DNA of 64,000 nt from Escherichia coli (GCF_030013205.1 NZ_CP122648.1); one strand, 5' to 3'; numbered from the stretch's first letter, positions 40,251 to 55,679 are shown. Notes: generated by a model not told the origin, from the sequence alone. Translations and numbers: made by a program.

Positions 40251-42321
40251 TCTGGCCGCGATGCTGCGCCTGCCCGCAAACCTGAAATCGACACAATGGC
40301 AGATCCTTGCCGGACCGATTTTGATCTTGCTGATTTTGTCGATGATGGTGCTGCCATTGCCTGCATTCATTCTCGACCTGCTGTTTACCTTTAATATCGC
40401 CTTGTCGATCATGGTGTTGCTGGTGGCGATGTTTACCCAGCGCACGCTTGAGTTTGCTGCGTTTCCGACGATTCTGTTGTTTACCACGTTGTTGCGTCTG
40501 GCACTTAATGTGGCTTCAACCCGTATCATTTTGATGGAAGGGCATACCGGCGCGGCGGCGGCTGGGAAGGTGGTCGAAGCGTTCGGTCACTTCCTCGTTG
40601 GTGGCAATTTCGCTATCGGTATCGTGGTGTTCGTCATTCTCGTGATCATCAACTTTATGGTCATTACCAAAGGTGCCGGGCGTATTGCGGAAGTGGGCGC
40701 GCGCTTTGTTCTCGATGGTATGCCGGGTAAGCAGATGGCGATTGACGCCGACCTTAACGCCGGATTGATTGGTGAAGATGAGGCGAAAAAACGCCGCTCC
40801 GAAGTGACTCAGGAAGCCGATTTTTACGGTTCAATGGACGGGGCAAGTAAGTTTGTTCGCGGCGATGCCATCGCCGGGATCCTCATCATGGTCATAAACG
40901 TTGTCGGTGGGTTGCTGGTCGGCGTGCTGCAACATGGCATGAGCATGGGACACGCCGCGGAAAGTTATACGCTATTGACCATTGGCGACGGTCTGGTGGC
41001 ACAAATTCCGGCGTTGGTGATTTCTACCGCCGCGGGGGTCATCGTTACGCGTGTCAGCACCGATCAGGATGTTGGCGAGCAGATGGTGAATCAGCTTTTC
41101 AGTAACCCAAGCGTTATGTTGTTAAGCGCCGCCGTGCTCGGTTTACTCGGCCTGGTGCCTGGAATGCCGAACCTGGTATTTTTGCTGTTCACTGCCGGAT
41201 TGCTGGGACTGGCCTGGTGGATCCGCGGACGTGAACAAAAAGCGCCTGCCGAACCAAAACCAGTAAAAATGGCAGAGAATAATACCGTTGTCGAAGCGAC
41301 GTGGAACGATGTACAACTGGAAGATTCTCTGGGAATGGAAGTGGGTTATCGACTGATCCCGATGGTCGATTTCCAGCAGGATGGTGAGTTGTTGGGCCGT
41401 ATACGCAGTATCCGCAAGAAATTTGCCCAGGAGATGGGGTTTCTGCCGCCGGTGGTGCACATTCGTGACAATATGGATCTGCAACCTGCCCGCTATCGCA
41501 TTTTGATGAAAGGCGTAGAGATTGGCACTGGCGATGCCTATCCGGGGCGCTGGCTGGCAATTAACCCAGGTACCGCTGCCGGGACGTTACCTGGTGAGGC
41601 GACCGTCGATCCGGCATTTGGCCTGAATGCTATCTGGATTGAAAGTGCGCTTAAAGAACAGGCGCAGATTCAGGGGTACACCGTGGTTGAGGCCAGCACG
41701 GTGGTGGCAACGCATCTTAACCACCTCATTAGCCAGCATGCCGCAGAGCTGTTTGGTCGTCAGGAGGCGCAACAGCTGTTGGATCGCGTCGCCCAGGAGA
41801 TGCCAAAGCTGACGGAAGATCTCGTTCCTGGCGTCGTCACGCTCACCACACTGCATAAAGTGCTGCAAAATCTCCTCGATGAAAAAGTACCGATTCGCGA
41901 TATGCGCACCATTCTCGAAACGCTGGCGGAACATGCGCCCATCCAAAGCGATCCACATGAATTAACCGCCGTCGTGCGCGTGGCGTTGGGACGGGCGATT
42001 ACCCAGCAGTGGTTTCCTGGCAAAGATGAAGTCCATGTTATTGGCCTTGATACGCCGCTGGAACGTTTGTTACTACAGGCGTTGCAGGGTGGGGGCGGAC
42101 TGGAGCCAGGGCTGGCGGATCGTTTGCTGGCGCAAACTCAGGAAGCGCTATCCCGTCAGGAGATGTTGGGTGCGCCGCCTGTATTGTTGGTGAACCACGC
42201 GCTGCGACCATTATTGTCTCGTTTCCTGCGCCGCAGCCTGCCGCAGTTAGTGGTGCTGTCGAATCTGGAACTATCTGATAACCGACATATCCGCATGACG
42301 GCGACAATTGGCGGTAAATGA
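40243..42321 (+). CDS. flhA: flagellar export apparatus protein FlhA, 692 aa
   Basis: MSNLAAMLRLPANLKSTQWQILAGPILILLILSMMVLPLPAFILDLLFTFNIALSIMVLLVAMFTQRTLEF...; start overlaps flhB stop; ORF-track start trimmed. Confidence 0.95.
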   Translation: MSNLAAMLRLPANLKSTQWQILAGPILILLILSMMVLPLPAFILDLLFTFNIALSIMVLLVAMFTQRTLEFAAFPTILLFTTLLRLALNVASTRIILMEGHTGAAAAGKVVEAFGHFLVGGNFAIGIVVFVILVIINFMVITKGAGRIAEVGARFVLDGMPGKQMAIDADLNAGLIGEDEAKKRRSEVTQEADFYGSMDGASKFVRGDAIAGILIMVINVVGGLLVGVLQHGMSMGHAAESYTLLTIGDGLVAQIPALVISTAAGVIVTRVSTDQDVGEQMVNQLFSNPSVMLLSAAVLGLLGLVPGMPNLVFLLFTAGLLGLAWWIRGREQKAPAEPKPVKMAENNTVVEATWNDVQLEDSLGMEVGYRLIPMVDFQQDGELLGRIRSIRKKFAQEMGFLPPVVHIRDNMDLQPARYRILMKGVEIGTGDAYPGRWLAINPGTAAGTLPGEATVDPAFGLNAIWIESALKEQAQIQGYTVVEASTVVATHLNHLISQHAAELFGRQEAQQLLDRVAQEMPKLTEDLVPGVVTLTTLHKVLQNLLDEKVPIRDMRTILETLAEHAPIQSDPHELTAVVRVALGRAITQQWFPGKDEVHVIGLDTPLERLLLQALQGGGGLEPGLADRLLAQTQEALSRQEMLGAPPVLLVNHALRPLLSRFLRRSLPQLVVLSNLELSDNRHIRMTATIGGK

Positions 42322-42713
42322 TGAGAACCTTATTAGCAATATTATTGTTTCCGCTGCTGGTGCAAGCCGCCGGGGAGGGGATGTGGCAGGCGAGTAGTGT
42401 GGGCGTTACGCTGAATCACCGTGGTGAGTCGATGTCGTCAGCGCCTCTTTCTACTCGACAACCTGCTGCAGGATTGATGACGCTGGTGGCGTGGCGTTAT
42501 CAGCTTATCGGCCCGACACCTGCAGGACTGCGGGTTCGCTTGTGTTCGCAATCTCGTTGTGTCGAATTAGAAGGGCAAAGTGGAACCACCGTGGCCTTTT
42601 CCGGTATACCGGCGATAGAACCGTTGCGATTTATCTGGGAAGTACCTGGCGGTGGGCGGTTAATTCCGCCGCTAAAGGTACAACGGAATGAAGTGATTGT
42701 GAATTATCGTTAA
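42321..42713 (+). CDS. flhE: flagellar protein FlhE, 130 aa (alternative ATG at 42318)
   Basis: MRTLLAILLFPLLVQAAGEGMWQASSVGVTLNHRGESMSS signal peptide protein; start overlaps flhA stop. Confidence 0.9.
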   Translation: MRTLLAILLFPLLVQAAGEGMWQASSVGVTLNHRGESMSSAPLSTRQPAAGLMTLVAWRYQLIGPTPAGLRVRLCSQSRCVELEGQSGTTVAFSGIPAIEPLRFIWEVPGGGRLIPPLKVQRNEVIVNYR

Positions 42714-42716
42714 TGA

Positions 42717-42751
42717 TAAAAAAGCCGATGTCTGCCATGACATCGGCTTTT
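42717..42751. terminator. bidirectional terminator between convergent flhE and argS
   Basis: aaaagccgatgtc-tgcca-tgacatcggctttt, symmetric hairpin with A and T runs on both sides. Confidence 0.7.
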
Positions 42752-42765
42752 GCCGTATAACGCGA

Positions 42766-44499
42766 TTACATACGCTCTACTGTCTCAATACCCAGCGTAT
42801 CCAGACCCAGTTTCAGCGTCTTCGCCGTCAGTTGTGCCAGTTTCAGACGGCTGTTACGCACTTCTTCGTTTTCTGCGCTGAGGATCGGGCAGTGCTCGTA
42901 GAAGCCAGAGAACAGACCAGCCAGATCGTACAGGTAAGCACACATCACATGCGGCGTGCCTTCACGGGCAACCACGGTGAGGGTTTCTTCAAACTGCAGC
43001 AGGCGAGCTGCCAGTTGCGCTTCACGATCTTCACGGATGATAACCGGAGCTGCAGCCAGTTGCTCTTCGTCAATTTCTGCTTTACGGAACACGGACAATA
43101 CACGCGTGTATGCATACTGCATGTATGGCGCGGTATTACCCTCAAACGCCAGCATGTTGTCCCAGTCGAAGATGTAGTCCGTGGTGCGGTTTTTGGAGAG
43201 ATCCGCATATTTCACCGCACCAATACCAACCGCGTTAGCCAGTTTTTCCAGCTCGTCGGCTGGCATATCCGGGTTCTTTTCTGCCACCAGACGACGTGCA
43301 CGCTCCAGGGCTTCATCCAGCAGATCGGCCAGTTTCACTGTACCACCCGCGCGGGTTTTGAACGGTTTGCCGTCTTTGCCCAGCATCATGCCGAACATGT
43401 GGTGTTCCAGCGGTACGGATTCCGGTACATAGCCTGCTTTACGGACGATAGCCCACGCCTGCATCAGGTGTTGATGCTGACGGGAGTCGATGTAATACAG
43501 CACGCGATCGGCATGCAGTGTTTCATAACGATATTTCGCACAGGCGATATCAGTGGTGGTGTAGAGATAGCCACCATCTTTCTTCTGAATGATCACGCCC
43601 ATCGGTTCGCCTTCCTTGTTTTTGAACTCATCAAGGAATACGACGGTCGCGCCTTCACTTTCTACTGCCAGACCTTTGGCTTTCAGGTCCGCCACGATAC
43701 CCGGCAGCATTGGGTTGTAGAGACTTTCACCCATGACGTCATCGCGGGTCAACGTCACGTTCAGACGATCGTAGGTGATCTGGTTCTGCGTCATGGTGAT
43801 GTCGACCAGTTTGCGCCACATCTCGCGGAAATATTCGTCACCGCTTTGCAGTTTGACTACGTAGTTACGTGCACGCTCGGCAAACTCTTCATCTTCGTCG
43901 TAATGCTTTTTCGCATCGCGGTAGAAACCTTCAAGGTCAGCCAGCTCCATTTCACCGGCGTTTTCTTGCTGCTGCTTTTCCAACCACGCAATCAGCATAC
44001 CGAACTGAGTACCCCAGTCGCCGACGTGGTTCGCGCGAATCACTTTGTGACCGAGGAACTCCAGAGTACGCACTGCCGCGTCACCAATAATGGTAGAGCG
44101 CAGGTGACCGACGTGCATCTCTTTCGCCACGTTCGGAGCGGAGTAGTCAACCACAATGGTCTGTTTTTCTGGCGTAGCAACACCGAGACGATCGGACGCC
44201 AGCGCCTGCTGAACATGATCAGCCAGGAAGGCTGGATCAAGAAAAATGTTGATAAAGCCTGGACCGGCGATCTCAACTTTGCTGGCGATACCGTTAAGAT
44301 CCAGATGAGTCAGCACCTGCTCTGCTAATTGTCGCGGTGCCATACCCAGTTTTTTAGCAACTGCCATCATGCCGTTAGCCTGATAGTCGCCGAACTGAAC
44401 TTTTGCTGACTGACGAACCTGCGGTTCGCAATCCGCAGGCGCGCCTGCCGCAATCATGGCCTGACGGACTTTTTCTGAGAGAAGAGCCTGAATATTCAC
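42766..44499 (-). CDS. argS: arginine--tRNA ligase ArgS, 577 aa
   Basis: [63 protein letters not shown]..., class I HIGH-type motif HVGH. Confidence 0.96.
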   Translation of the reverse strand: MNIQALLSEKVRQAMIAAGAPADCEPQVRQSAKVQFGDYQANGMMAVAKKLGMAPRQLAEQVLTHLDLNGIASKVEIAGPGFINIFLDPAFLADHVQQALASDRLGVATPEKQTIVVDYSAPNVAKEMHVGHLRSTIIGDAAVRTLEFLGHKVIRANHVGDWGTQFGMLIAWLEKQQQENAGEMELADLEGFYRDAKKHYDEDEEFAERARNYVVKLQSGDEYFREMWRKLVDITMTQNQITYDRLNVTLTRDDVMGESLYNPMLPGIVADLKAKGLAVESEGATVVFLDEFKNKEGEPMGVIIQKKDGGYLYTTTDIACAKYRYETLHADRVLYYIDSRQHQHLMQAWAIVRKAGYVPESVPLEHHMFGMMLGKDGKPFKTRAGGTVKLADLLDEALERARRLVAEKNPDMPADELEKLANAVGIGAVKYADLSKNRTTDYIFDWDNMLAFEGNTAPYMQYAYTRVLSVFRKAEIDEEQLAAAPVIIREDREAQLAARLLQFEETLTVVAREGTPHVMCAYLYDLAGLFSGFYEHCPILSAENEEVRNSRLKLAQLTAKTLKLGLDTLGIETVERM

Positions 44500-44714
44500 C
44501 GGAATACCTTACATTGATGAAGCGAGCAAAAATTGCCCGCACCAGTTAAAGAAATTAGGGCGGGAGTATACTGCAAATGGCTGTTTTCGTCAGCAACGTG
44601 CGCGTGGCGTATTGCCGTTTTCACTATTGCATCAGAAGCGGCGTGAAATCAGCGGTTGGTTGGCGCAGGGCAACAGGGTAAATTAACGCTTTTACTGAAA
44701 GACGAAGAGTGATT

Positions 44715-45281
44715 ATGGCGAACTGGCAATCTATCGACGAGTTGCAGGATATTGCATCGGATTTACCGCGATTTACCCACGCATTAGATGAACTTTCCCG
44801 CCGTCTGGGGTTGGATATCACTCCGCTGACTGCCGATCACATTTCCTTGCGTTGCCATCAAAACGTCACCGCTGAACGCTGGCGTCGCGGGTTTGAACAG
44901 TGCGGCGAGCTTTTGTCAGAAAATATGATCAATGGCAGACCGATTTGTCTGTTTAAATTGCATGAACCGGTACAGGTTGCGCACTGGCAGTTTTCCATTG
45001 TGGAGCTACCGTGGCCCGGGGAAAAACGTTACCCGCACGAAGGTTGGGAACATATTGAAATCGTTCTGCCGGGCGATCCAGAAACGCTGAATGCCCGTGC
45101 GCTGGCATTGCTTTCTGATGAAGGACTCAGCCTGCCGGGGATCTCAGTTAAAACCAGTTCGCCAAAAGGTGAGCATGAGCGATTACCGAACCCGACGCTG
45201 GCGGTCACCGATGGCAAAACGACCATTAAATTTCATCCGTGGTCCATTGAAGAGATCGTTGCCAGCGAGCAGTCAGCGTAA
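44715..45281 (+). CDS. yecM: VOC-family protein YecM, 188 aa
   Basis: MANWQSIDELQDIASDLPRFTHALDELSRRLGLDITPLTADHISLRCHQNVTAERWRRGFEQCGELL; start codon assignment uncertain (ATG at 44709 also possible). Confidence 0.85.
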   Translation: MANWQSIDELQDIASDLPRFTHALDELSRRLGLDITPLTADHISLRCHQNVTAERWRRGFEQCGELLSENMINGRPICLFKLHEPVQVAHWQFSIVELPWPGEKRYPHEGWEHIEIVLPGDPETLNARALALLSDEGLSLPGISVKTSSPKGEHERLPNPTLAVTDGKTTIKFHPWSIEEIVASEQSA

Positions 45282-45285
45282 TTAA

Positions 45286-46041
<756 letters not shown>

Positions 46042-46087
46042 TTTTTACCGTTGCATCATGTCGCCCAATATGATGCTTGCTCGTACC

Positions 46088-46121
46088 AGGCCCCTGCAAT
46101 TTCAACAGGGGCCTTTTTTTA
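46088..46121 (+). terminator. rho-independent terminator after cutC
   Basis: aggcccctg-caatttcaa-caggggcct followed by ttttttt. Confidence 0.7.
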
Positions 46122-46426
46122 TCCCTGAATAGTATAAAAAATGAACGATTACCGCGATCTGTTGAGCGGGTGACAGTGCACATAGCGTTGTGCTAAAAAT
46201 TTTTATATATTCATATTAATTATGTAATTTAAATTACTAAAACTGACAAATATGTATTCTAAATAACAACTGGGTTATTCCTTAGCAATTAATGATTACA
46301 TTGTAATAAATCATATTCTTTATCGATTATTTCAGGCAGTGTTGTGCCGAATTATGCAAGCGGTCAATTCGTTGTATATTTAATTATACAATGATTTCGG
46401 TGTTCTGGAATTAATTAGAGGAATCT

Positions 46427-47527
46427 ATGCGAGGGAAAAAACGCATTGGGTTAATGTTTTTGCTGATAGCGGTTGTGGTTGGTGGCGGCGGGTTATTGCT
46501 GGCGCAAAAAGCCTTACATAAAACGTCGGATACAGCATTTTGCCTTTCCTGCCACTCGATGAGTAAACCTTTTGAGGAATATCAGGGAACTGTCCACTTT
46601 TCGAACCAGAAAGGGATACGTGCGGAATGTGCCGATTGCCATATTCCAAAGTCAGGGATGGATTATTTATTTGCTAAATTAAAAGCATCTAAAGATATTT
46701 ATCATGAATTTGTTAGCGGCAAAATAGACAGTGACGATAAGTTCGAAGCGCATCGTCAGGAAATGGCCGAAACAGTATGGAAAGAATTAAAAGCCACTGA
46801 CTCTGCAACGTGCCGTAGTTGCCATTCTTTTGATGCCATGGATATTGCCTCGCAAAGTGAATCTGCGCAGAAAATGCATAACAAAGCACAAAAGGGCGGC
46901 GAAACCTGTATCGATTGTCATAAAGGCATTGCTCATTTTCCGCCAGAAATAAAAATGGATGACAACGCGGCGCATGAGCTGGAAAGTCAGGCCGCTACTT
47001 CAGTGACTAATGGCGTACATATTTATCCTTTCAAAACTTCTCGCATAGGCGAGCTGGCTACCGTGAATCCTGGTACCGATCTCATCGTCGTTGATGCCAG
47101 TGGCAAACAGCCGATCGTTCTGTTGCAGGGTTATCAAATGCAGGGCAGTGAAAACACGCTCTACCTGGCGGCAGGTCAACGGCTGGCACTAGCCACATTA
47201 AGTGAAGAAGGTATCAAGGCGCTCACGGTAAACGGGGAATGGCAGGCTGACGAATACGGCAATCAATGGCGTCAGGCGTCTTTACAGGGTGCGCTTACCG
47301 ATCCCGCATTAGCGGACCGTAAACCGCTATGGCAATACGCTGAAAAACTTGACGATACCTATTGCGCTGGTTGCCATGCCCCTATTGCCTCCGACCATTA
47401 CACCGTCAATGCATGGCCGTCCATTGCCAAAGGAATGGGGGCGCGAACCAGCATGAGCGAAAACGAACTGGACATTTTGACGCGGTACTTCCAGTACAAC
47501 GCCAAAGATATTACCGAGAAACAGTGA
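46427..47527 (+). CDS. torY: NapC/NirT-family pentahaem c-type cytochrome TorY, 366 aa
   Basis: Five CxxCH haem motifs (CLSCH, CADCH, CRSCH, CIDCH, CAGCH); N-terminal membrane anchor [26 protein letters not shown]. Confidence 0.93.
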   Translation: MRGKKRIGLMFLLIAVVVGGGGLLLAQKALHKTSDTAFCLSCHSMSKPFEEYQGTVHFSNQKGIRAECADCHIPKSGMDYLFAKLKASKDIYHEFVSGKIDSDDKFEAHRQEMAETVWKELKATDSATCRSCHSFDAMDIASQSESAQKMHNKAQKGGETCIDCHKGIAHFPPEIKMDDNAAHELESQAATSVTNGVHIYPFKTSRIGELATVNPGTDLIVVDASGKQPIVLLQGYQMQGSENTLYLAAGQRLALATLSEEGIKALTVNGEWQADEYGNQWRQASLQGALTDPALADRKPLWQYAEKLDDTYCAGCHAPIASDHYTVNAWPSIAKGMGARTSMSENELDILTRYFQYNAKDITEKQ

Positions 47528-47551
47528 TCCTCGTTGATCAGGGAGGAAGTT

Positions 47552-49981
47552 ATGACATTAACAAGACGTGAATTTATTAAACACAGCGGTATTGCCGCTG
47601 GGGCGCTGGTGGTGACATCGGCTGCACCGCTACCCGCATGGGCAGAAGAGAAGGGTGGCAAAATCCTCACCGCGGGCCGTTGGGGAGCGATGAACGTAGA
47701 AGTGAAGGACGGCAAGATTGTTTCTTCAACAGGCGCGCTGGCGAAAACTATACCGAACTCCTTACAGTCTACGGAGGTGGATCAGGTACACACCACGGCG
47801 CGTATTCAGCATCCGATGGTGAGAAAAAGCTATCTCGATAATCCACTGCAACCGGCGAAAGGTCGTGGCGAAGATACCTATGTACAGGTGAGCTGGGAAC
47901 AAGCATTAAAACTGATTCATGAGCAACACGATCGTATTCGTAAAGCTAACGGACCATCGGCCATTTTTGCCGGATCTTACGGCTGGCGATCTTCTGGCGT
48001 GTTGCATAAAGCGCAAACCTTACTGCAACGTTATATGAACCTTGCGGGCGGTTATTCCGGGCATAGCGGCGATTATTCAACCGGTGCGGCACAGGTGATC
48101 ATGCCGCATGTGGTGGGTTCCGTGGAGGTGTATGAACAGCAGACCTCCTGGCCGCTGATTCTGGAAAACAGCCAGGTTGTGGTGCTGTGGGGGATGAACC
48201 CGCTGAATACCTTGAAAATTGCCTGGAGCAGTACCGATGAGCAAGGGCTGGAATACTTCCATCAGCTGAAAAAATCTGGCAAACCCGTGATTGCCATTGA
48301 TCCTATCCGCTCCGAAACCATCGAGTTCTTTGGCGATAACGCGACCTGGATCGCGCCGAATATGGGGACCGACGTGGCGCTGATGTTAGGGATTGCGCAC
48401 ACCTTGATGGTACAAGGTAAGCACGATAAGGCCTTCCTGGAAAAATACACCACCGGCTACCCGCAGTTTGAAGAGTATCTGGCAGGCAAGAGCGATAATA
48501 CGCCGAAGAGCGCGGCCTGGGCGGCGGAAATTTCTGGCGTACCGGAAGCGCAGATAGTCAAACTCGCTGAACTGATGGCGGCGAATCGCACAATGCTGAT
48601 GGCAGGCTGGGGAATTCAGCGCCAGCAATATGGTGAACAGAAACACTGGATGCTGGTGACGCTGGCGGCAATGTTAGGGCAGATTGGTACACCGGGCGGC
48701 GGTTTTGGTTTCTCTTATCATTACTCCAACGGTGGCAACCCGACGCGTGTTGGCGGCGTGCTGCCGGAAATGTCTGCGGCGATTGCCGGACAGGCCAGCG
48801 AGGCCGCTGATGATGGCGGAATGACGGCGATTCCTGTTGCCCGTATCGTCGATGCGCTGGAAAATCCTGGTGGTAAATATCAGCATAACGGTAAAGAACA
48901 AACGTATCCGAATATCAAAATGATCTGGTGGGCGGGTGGCGGTAACTTTACCCATCACCAGGATACTAATCGTCTGATTAAAGCATGGCAGAAACCGGAG
49001 ATGATCGTCGTTTCTGAATGCTACTGGACCGCAGCTGCTAAACATGCAGATATCGTATTACCGATCACCACATCGTTTGAGCGCAATGACTTAACGATGA
49101 CCGGTGATTACAGCAACCAGCATATTGTGCCGATGAAGCAGGCTGTCGCTGCGCAATTTGAAGCGCGTAACGATTTTGACGTGTTTGCCGATCTTGCTGA
49201 ATTACTCAAACCTGGCGGAAAAGAGATCTATACCGAAGGTAAAGATGAGATGGCGTGGCTGAAATTTTTCTATGATGCCGCTCAGAAAGGTGCCCGTGCG
49301 CAACGCGTGACTATGCCGATGTTTAATGCCTTCTGGCAGCAAAATAAACTGATCGAAATGCGCCGCAGCGAGAAGAACGAACAGTACGTTCGTTATGGTG
49401 ATTTCCGCGCCGATCCGGTGAAAAATGCGCTGGGTACGCCAAGCGGCAAAATTGAGATTTACTCCAAAACGCTGGAAAAATTTGGCTATAAGGATTGCCC
49501 GGCACACCCAACCTGGCTTGCGCCTGATGAGTGGAAGGGTACCGCCGACGAGAAGCAGTTGCAGCTTCTGACCGCACATCCGGCACATCGTTTACACAGT
49601 CAGCTTAACTATGCGGAACTGCGCAAAAAATATGCGGTTGCCGATCGTGAACCGATCACTATTCACACCGAAGATGCTGCTCGCTTTGGTATTGCGAATG
49701 GCGATCTGGTGCGTGTCTGGAACAAACGTGGTCAGATTCTGACAGGCGCGGTGGTGACTGACGGGATCAAAAAAGGCGTGGTATGCGTGCATGAAGGTGC
49801 ATGGCCAGATCTGGAAAATGGCTTGTGTAAAAACGGCAGTGCGAACGTGTTAACGGCGGATATCCCCAGCTCTCAGCTGGCAAATGCCTGTGCCGGTAAC
49901 TCTGCGCTGGTGTATATCGAAAAATATACGGGTAACGCACCGAAGTTAACGGCGTTTGATCAGCCAGCTGTTCAGGCATAA
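47552..49981 (+). CDS. torZ: molybdoenzyme TMAO/N-oxide reductase TorZ (BisZ), 809 aa, Tat signal
   Basis: [31 protein letters not shown] twin-arginine signal followed by DMSO-reductase-family body; ORF-track start trimmed. Confidence 0.93.
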   Translation: MTLTRREFIKHSGIAAGALVVTSAAPLPAWAEEKGGKILTAGRWGAMNVEVKDGKIVSSTGALAKTIPNSLQSTEVDQVHTTARIQHPMVRKSYLDNPLQPAKGRGEDTYVQVSWEQALKLIHEQHDRIRKANGPSAIFAGSYGWRSSGVLHKAQTLLQRYMNLAGGYSGHSGDYSTGAAQVIMPHVVGSVEVYEQQTSWPLILENSQVVVLWGMNPLNTLKIAWSSTDEQGLEYFHQLKKSGKPVIAIDPIRSETIEFFGDNATWIAPNMGTDVALMLGIAHTLMVQGKHDKAFLEKYTTGYPQFEEYLAGKSDNTPKSAAWAAEISGVPEAQIVKLAELMAANRTMLMAGWGIQRQQYGEQKHWMLVTLAAMLGQIGTPGGGFGFSYHYSNGGNPTRVGGVLPEMSAAIAGQASEAADDGGMTAIPVARIVDALENPGGKYQHNGKEQTYPNIKMIWWAGGGNFTHHQDTNRLIKAWQKPEMIVVSECYWTAAAKHADIVLPITTSFERNDLTMTGDYSNQHIVPMKQAVAAQFEARNDFDVFADLAELLKPGGKEIYTEGKDEMAWLKFFYDAAQKGARAQRVTMPMFNAFWQQNKLIEMRRSEKNEQYVRYGDFRADPVKNALGTPSGKIEIYSKTLEKFGYKDCPAHPTWLAPDEWKGTADEKQLQLLTAHPAHRLHSQLNYAELRKKYAVADREPITIHTEDAARFGIANGDLVRVWNKRGQILTGAVVTDGIKKGVVCVHEGAWPDLENGLCKNGSANVLTADIPSSQLANACAGNSALVYIEKYTGNAPKLTAFDQPAVQA

Positions 49982-49987
49982 GACGTG

Positions 49988-50012
49988 AAAAGCGCCCGGA
50001 AACGGGCGCTAA
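49988..50012. terminator. bidirectional terminator between convergent torZ and cmoB
   Basis: agcgcccg-gaaa-cgggcgct hairpin. Confidence 0.55.
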
Positions 50013-50015
50013 TCT

Positions 50016-52163
<2,148 letters not shown>

Positions 52164-52215
52164 ACAAACTCCCTTTAAAATGGCCGATGGCACCTGTCTA
52201 TGATAGGTGGCAAAT

Positions 52216-53034
52216 TCAGAAAAGAGAAGATTGCTGTGGAATAGCCGGAACTGCTCCGATCTCTGGAAGCGTTTTACGTAAGTCTTCCCACAGGATATGT
52301 ACCAGTTCCGGGGCCTGGGCAATATCTGGCGTATGTAAAAAAAGATAAGGCGTAGTGGTCTGATGCCACTGCGCTAATTTTTGTAACCAGACCTGAAATA
52401 ATTCCCGGTTTTGCGTCATATCATCACTACCGATAAAACGGATCAGCGGATTTGTCGCCGTCAGTACAGCATGTACCGGAACTTTAGGTTTTTTTCGTTG
52501 AGCGTCGCGAATAGCTTCACTGTGTGGACGTGCTGCATGAACCGGGCGGCTGTCTAAAATCACCCGATTAACGCCGCGCTGATGTAAACCGCGATTAAGC
52601 GTTTGTTCCTCTTCCCCTTTGGCGAAAAACTGTGGATGGCGGACTTCCACACCATAATTAAATTCGCCGGGAAGAGAATCGAGAAAATGCCAAAGCGCAG
52701 GCAGATCCCGTGGGCCAAATGTGGCAGGCAGTTGCAGCCAGTATTGCCCAATGCGCGGCGCTAACGGTGACATGCGGGTCAAAAATTCAGTCACTAAATC
52801 ATCGCAATGCCGTAATGCTGCCTGATGCGAAATGGTCGCCGGAAACTTAAAACAGAAGCGAAAATTATCTGTGGGTTGCTCACGCCAGCGCAGGACAACC
52901 TCGGATTTCGGCAGGGCGTAAAGCGTGGTATTGCCCTCCACACAGTTAAAGTGGCGGGCATACTCTTCAAGGCTGGTGATCCCCAACCGCACCCATTTAG
53001 GATGCGACCATTGCGGCAGACCGATGTAAATCAT
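52216..53034 (-). CDS. yecE: DUF72-family protein YecE, 272 aa
   Basis: [53 protein letters not shown]... Confidence 0.88.
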
Positions 53035-53597
53035 AATGCGTTGAGGATCTCTTCCACACTGCGCACACGGGCGATGCGTGGGTAGATATGGTTGATGCTG
53101 TTATTGTGCTGCTCGGCGCTGGCGGCGCTGCAGGCGTCTTCGGCAATCACCAGATTAAAACCGAGTTCCCAGGCATTGCGGGCGGTGGATTCAACACCGA
53201 TATTGGTCGAGATCCCACATAATACTATTGTATCGATACCCCGGCGGCGTAATTGCAACTCCAGATCCGTACCGTAAAACGCACCCCATTGACGTTTGAT
53301 GATTTCGATATCGCTGTCGGTTGCACCTAATGCAGCAGGATGTTGCCACCAGTTTTCGGGTAACACTTTAGCGGGGGAAGGGGCATCAACCGGCTGTTTT
53401 AATGCTTCGGCGTAATCGGCAGACCAGCCAACGCGCACCAGAAACACGGGCTGACCGCTGGCGCGAAATTTTGCCGCCAGCTTCCCGGCGCGATTAACCA
53501 CCTCATCGGCAGTATGTGGACCACCGGCAAAAGGTAAGATGCCTTCTTGTAAATCGATCACCACCAGCGCAGTGGTTTTAGCATTAAGTTCAAGCAT
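53031..53597 (-). CDS. yecD: isochorismatase-family hydrolase YecD, 188 aa
   Basis: [58 protein letters not shown]...; ORF-track start trimmed. Confidence 0.88.
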
Positions 53598-53906
53598 GCT
53601 GACTCCTGACAAAACAAAATCGTGCCTCACACCTTAATGCGATTAGCCGATGGCGGAACGACAAATTTTGTTAATTTTTATGAGTTCGGGCAACACCTTT
53701 ATAGCAAACTGGCGTAGAGTCTGATTTCAGGCCCGATATAAAGTGGTAACGAGGCGTTCCAGCGCGGGCCAGGCTCTTACGGTGCGGCAGAATTTCCAGT
53801 ATAATAGCCGCCTTTTTTCATTCAGTTGTGACATACAGCTAACGCTGCGACTTGGTCACCTGCGCAGCAGGGGGCATCCGCCGGCAGCTAAGTTAAGGGA
53901 TATCTC

Positions 53907-55679
53907 ATGCGTACAGAATATTGTGGACAGCTCCGTTTGTCCCACGTGGGGCAGCAGGTGACTCTGTGTGGTTGGGTCAACCGTCGTCGTGATCTTGGTA
54001 GCCTGATCTTCATCGATATGCGCGACCGCGAAGGTATCGTGCAGGTATTTTTCGATCCGGATCGTGCGGACGCGTTAAAGCTGGCCTCTGAACTGCGTAA
54101 TGAGTTCTGCATTCAGGTCACGGGCACCGTACGTGCGCGTGACGAAAAAAATATTAACCGCGATATGGCGACCGGCGAAATCGAAGTGCTGGCGTCCTCG
54201 CTGACTATCATCAACCGCGCAGATGTTCTGCCGCTTGACTCTAACCACGTCAACACCGAAGAAGCGCGTCTGAAATACCGCTACCTCGACCTGCGTCGCC
54301 CGGAAATGGCTCAGCGCCTGAAAACCCGCGCTAAAATCACCAGCCTGGTGCGCCGTTTTATGGATGACCACGGTTTCCTCGACATCGAAACTCCGATGCT
54401 GACCAAAGCCACGCCGGAAGGCGCGCGTGACTACCTGGTACCTTCTCGTGTGCACAAAGGTAAATTCTACGCACTGCCGCAATCCCCGCAGTTGTTCAAA
54501 CAGCTGCTGATGATGTCCGGCTTTGACCGTTACTATCAGATCGTTAAATGCTTCCGTGACGAAGACCTGCGCGCTGATCGTCAGCCTGAATTTACTCAGA
54601 TCGATGTGGAAACTTCTTTCATGACCGCCCCGCAAGTGCGTGAAGTGATGGAAGCGCTGGTGCGTCATCTGTGGCTGGAAGTGAAGGGCGTGGATCTGGG
54701 TGATTTCCCGGTAATGACCTTTGCGGAAGCAGAACGCCGTTATGGTTCTGATAAACCGGATCTGCGTAACCCGATGGAACTGACCGACGTTGCCGATCTG
54801 CTGAAATCCGTTGAATTCGCGGTATTTGCGGGGCCGGCGAACGATCCGAAAGGCCGTGTTGCCGCTCTGCGCGTTCCGGGCGGTGCGTCGCTGACCCGTA
54901 AGCAGATCGACGAATACGGTAACTTCGTTAAAATCTACGGCGCGAAAGGTCTGGCTTACATCAAAGTTAACGAACGCGCGAAAGGTCTGGAAGGTATCAA
55001 CAGCCCGGTAGCGAAGTTCCTTAATGCAGAAATCATCGAAGCCATCCTGGATCGTACTGCCGCGCAAGATGGCGATATGATTTTCTTCGGTGCCGACAAC
55101 AAGAAAATTGTTGCCGACGCGATGGGTGCACTGCGCCTGAAAGTGGGTAAAGACCTTGGTCTGACCGACGAAAGCAAATGGGCACCGCTGTGGGTTATCG
55201 ACTTCCCGATGTTTGAAGACGACGGTGAAGGCGGCCTGACGGCAATGCACCATCCGTTCACCTCACCGAAAGACATGACGGCAGCAGAACTGAAAGCTGC
55301 ACCGGAAAATGCGGTGGCGAACGCTTACGATATGGTAATCAATGGTTACGAAGTGGGCGGTGGTTCTGTGCGTATCCATAATGGTGATATGCAGCAGACG
55401 GTGTTTGGTATTCTGGGTATCAACGAAGAGGAACAGCGCGAGAAATTCGGCTTCCTGCTCGACGCCCTGAAATACGGTACTCCGCCGCACGCAGGTCTGG
55501 CATTCGGTCTTGACCGTCTGACGATGCTGCTGACCGGCACCGACAATATCCGTGACGTTATCGCCTTCCCGAAAACCACGGCGGCGGCGTGTCTGATGAC
55601 TGAAGCACCGAGCTTTGCTAACCCGACTGCACTGGCTGAGCTGAGCATTCAGGTTGTGAAGAAGGCAGAGAATAACTGA
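53907..55679 (+). CDS. aspS: aspartate--tRNA ligase AspS, 590 aa
   Basis: [73 protein letters not shown]...; class II synthetase. Confidence 0.96.

Noticed and set aside
39618-40529. 303-aa ORF antisense to flhB/flhA
   Set aside because: Nested antisense frame across two confidently identified genes; no independent evidence.
42832-44328. 498-aa stop-free ORF on the + strand, antisense to argS
   Set aside because: It lies entirely inside and opposite the well-recognised argS reading frame; its translation is low-complexity (rich in H, F, V, Q, R) with no recognisable domain. Long antisense frames are a known by-product of codon bias in highly expressed genes.
44624-44821. 65-aa minus-strand ORF in the argS-yecM promoter region
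   Set aside because: Overlaps the yecM start on the opposite strand, with no RBS-like sequence and no recognisable product.
54075-55253. 392-aa ORF antisense to aspS
   Set aside because: Same reasoning: fully nested in the aspS coding sequence on the opposite strand, no start context or recognisable motifs.
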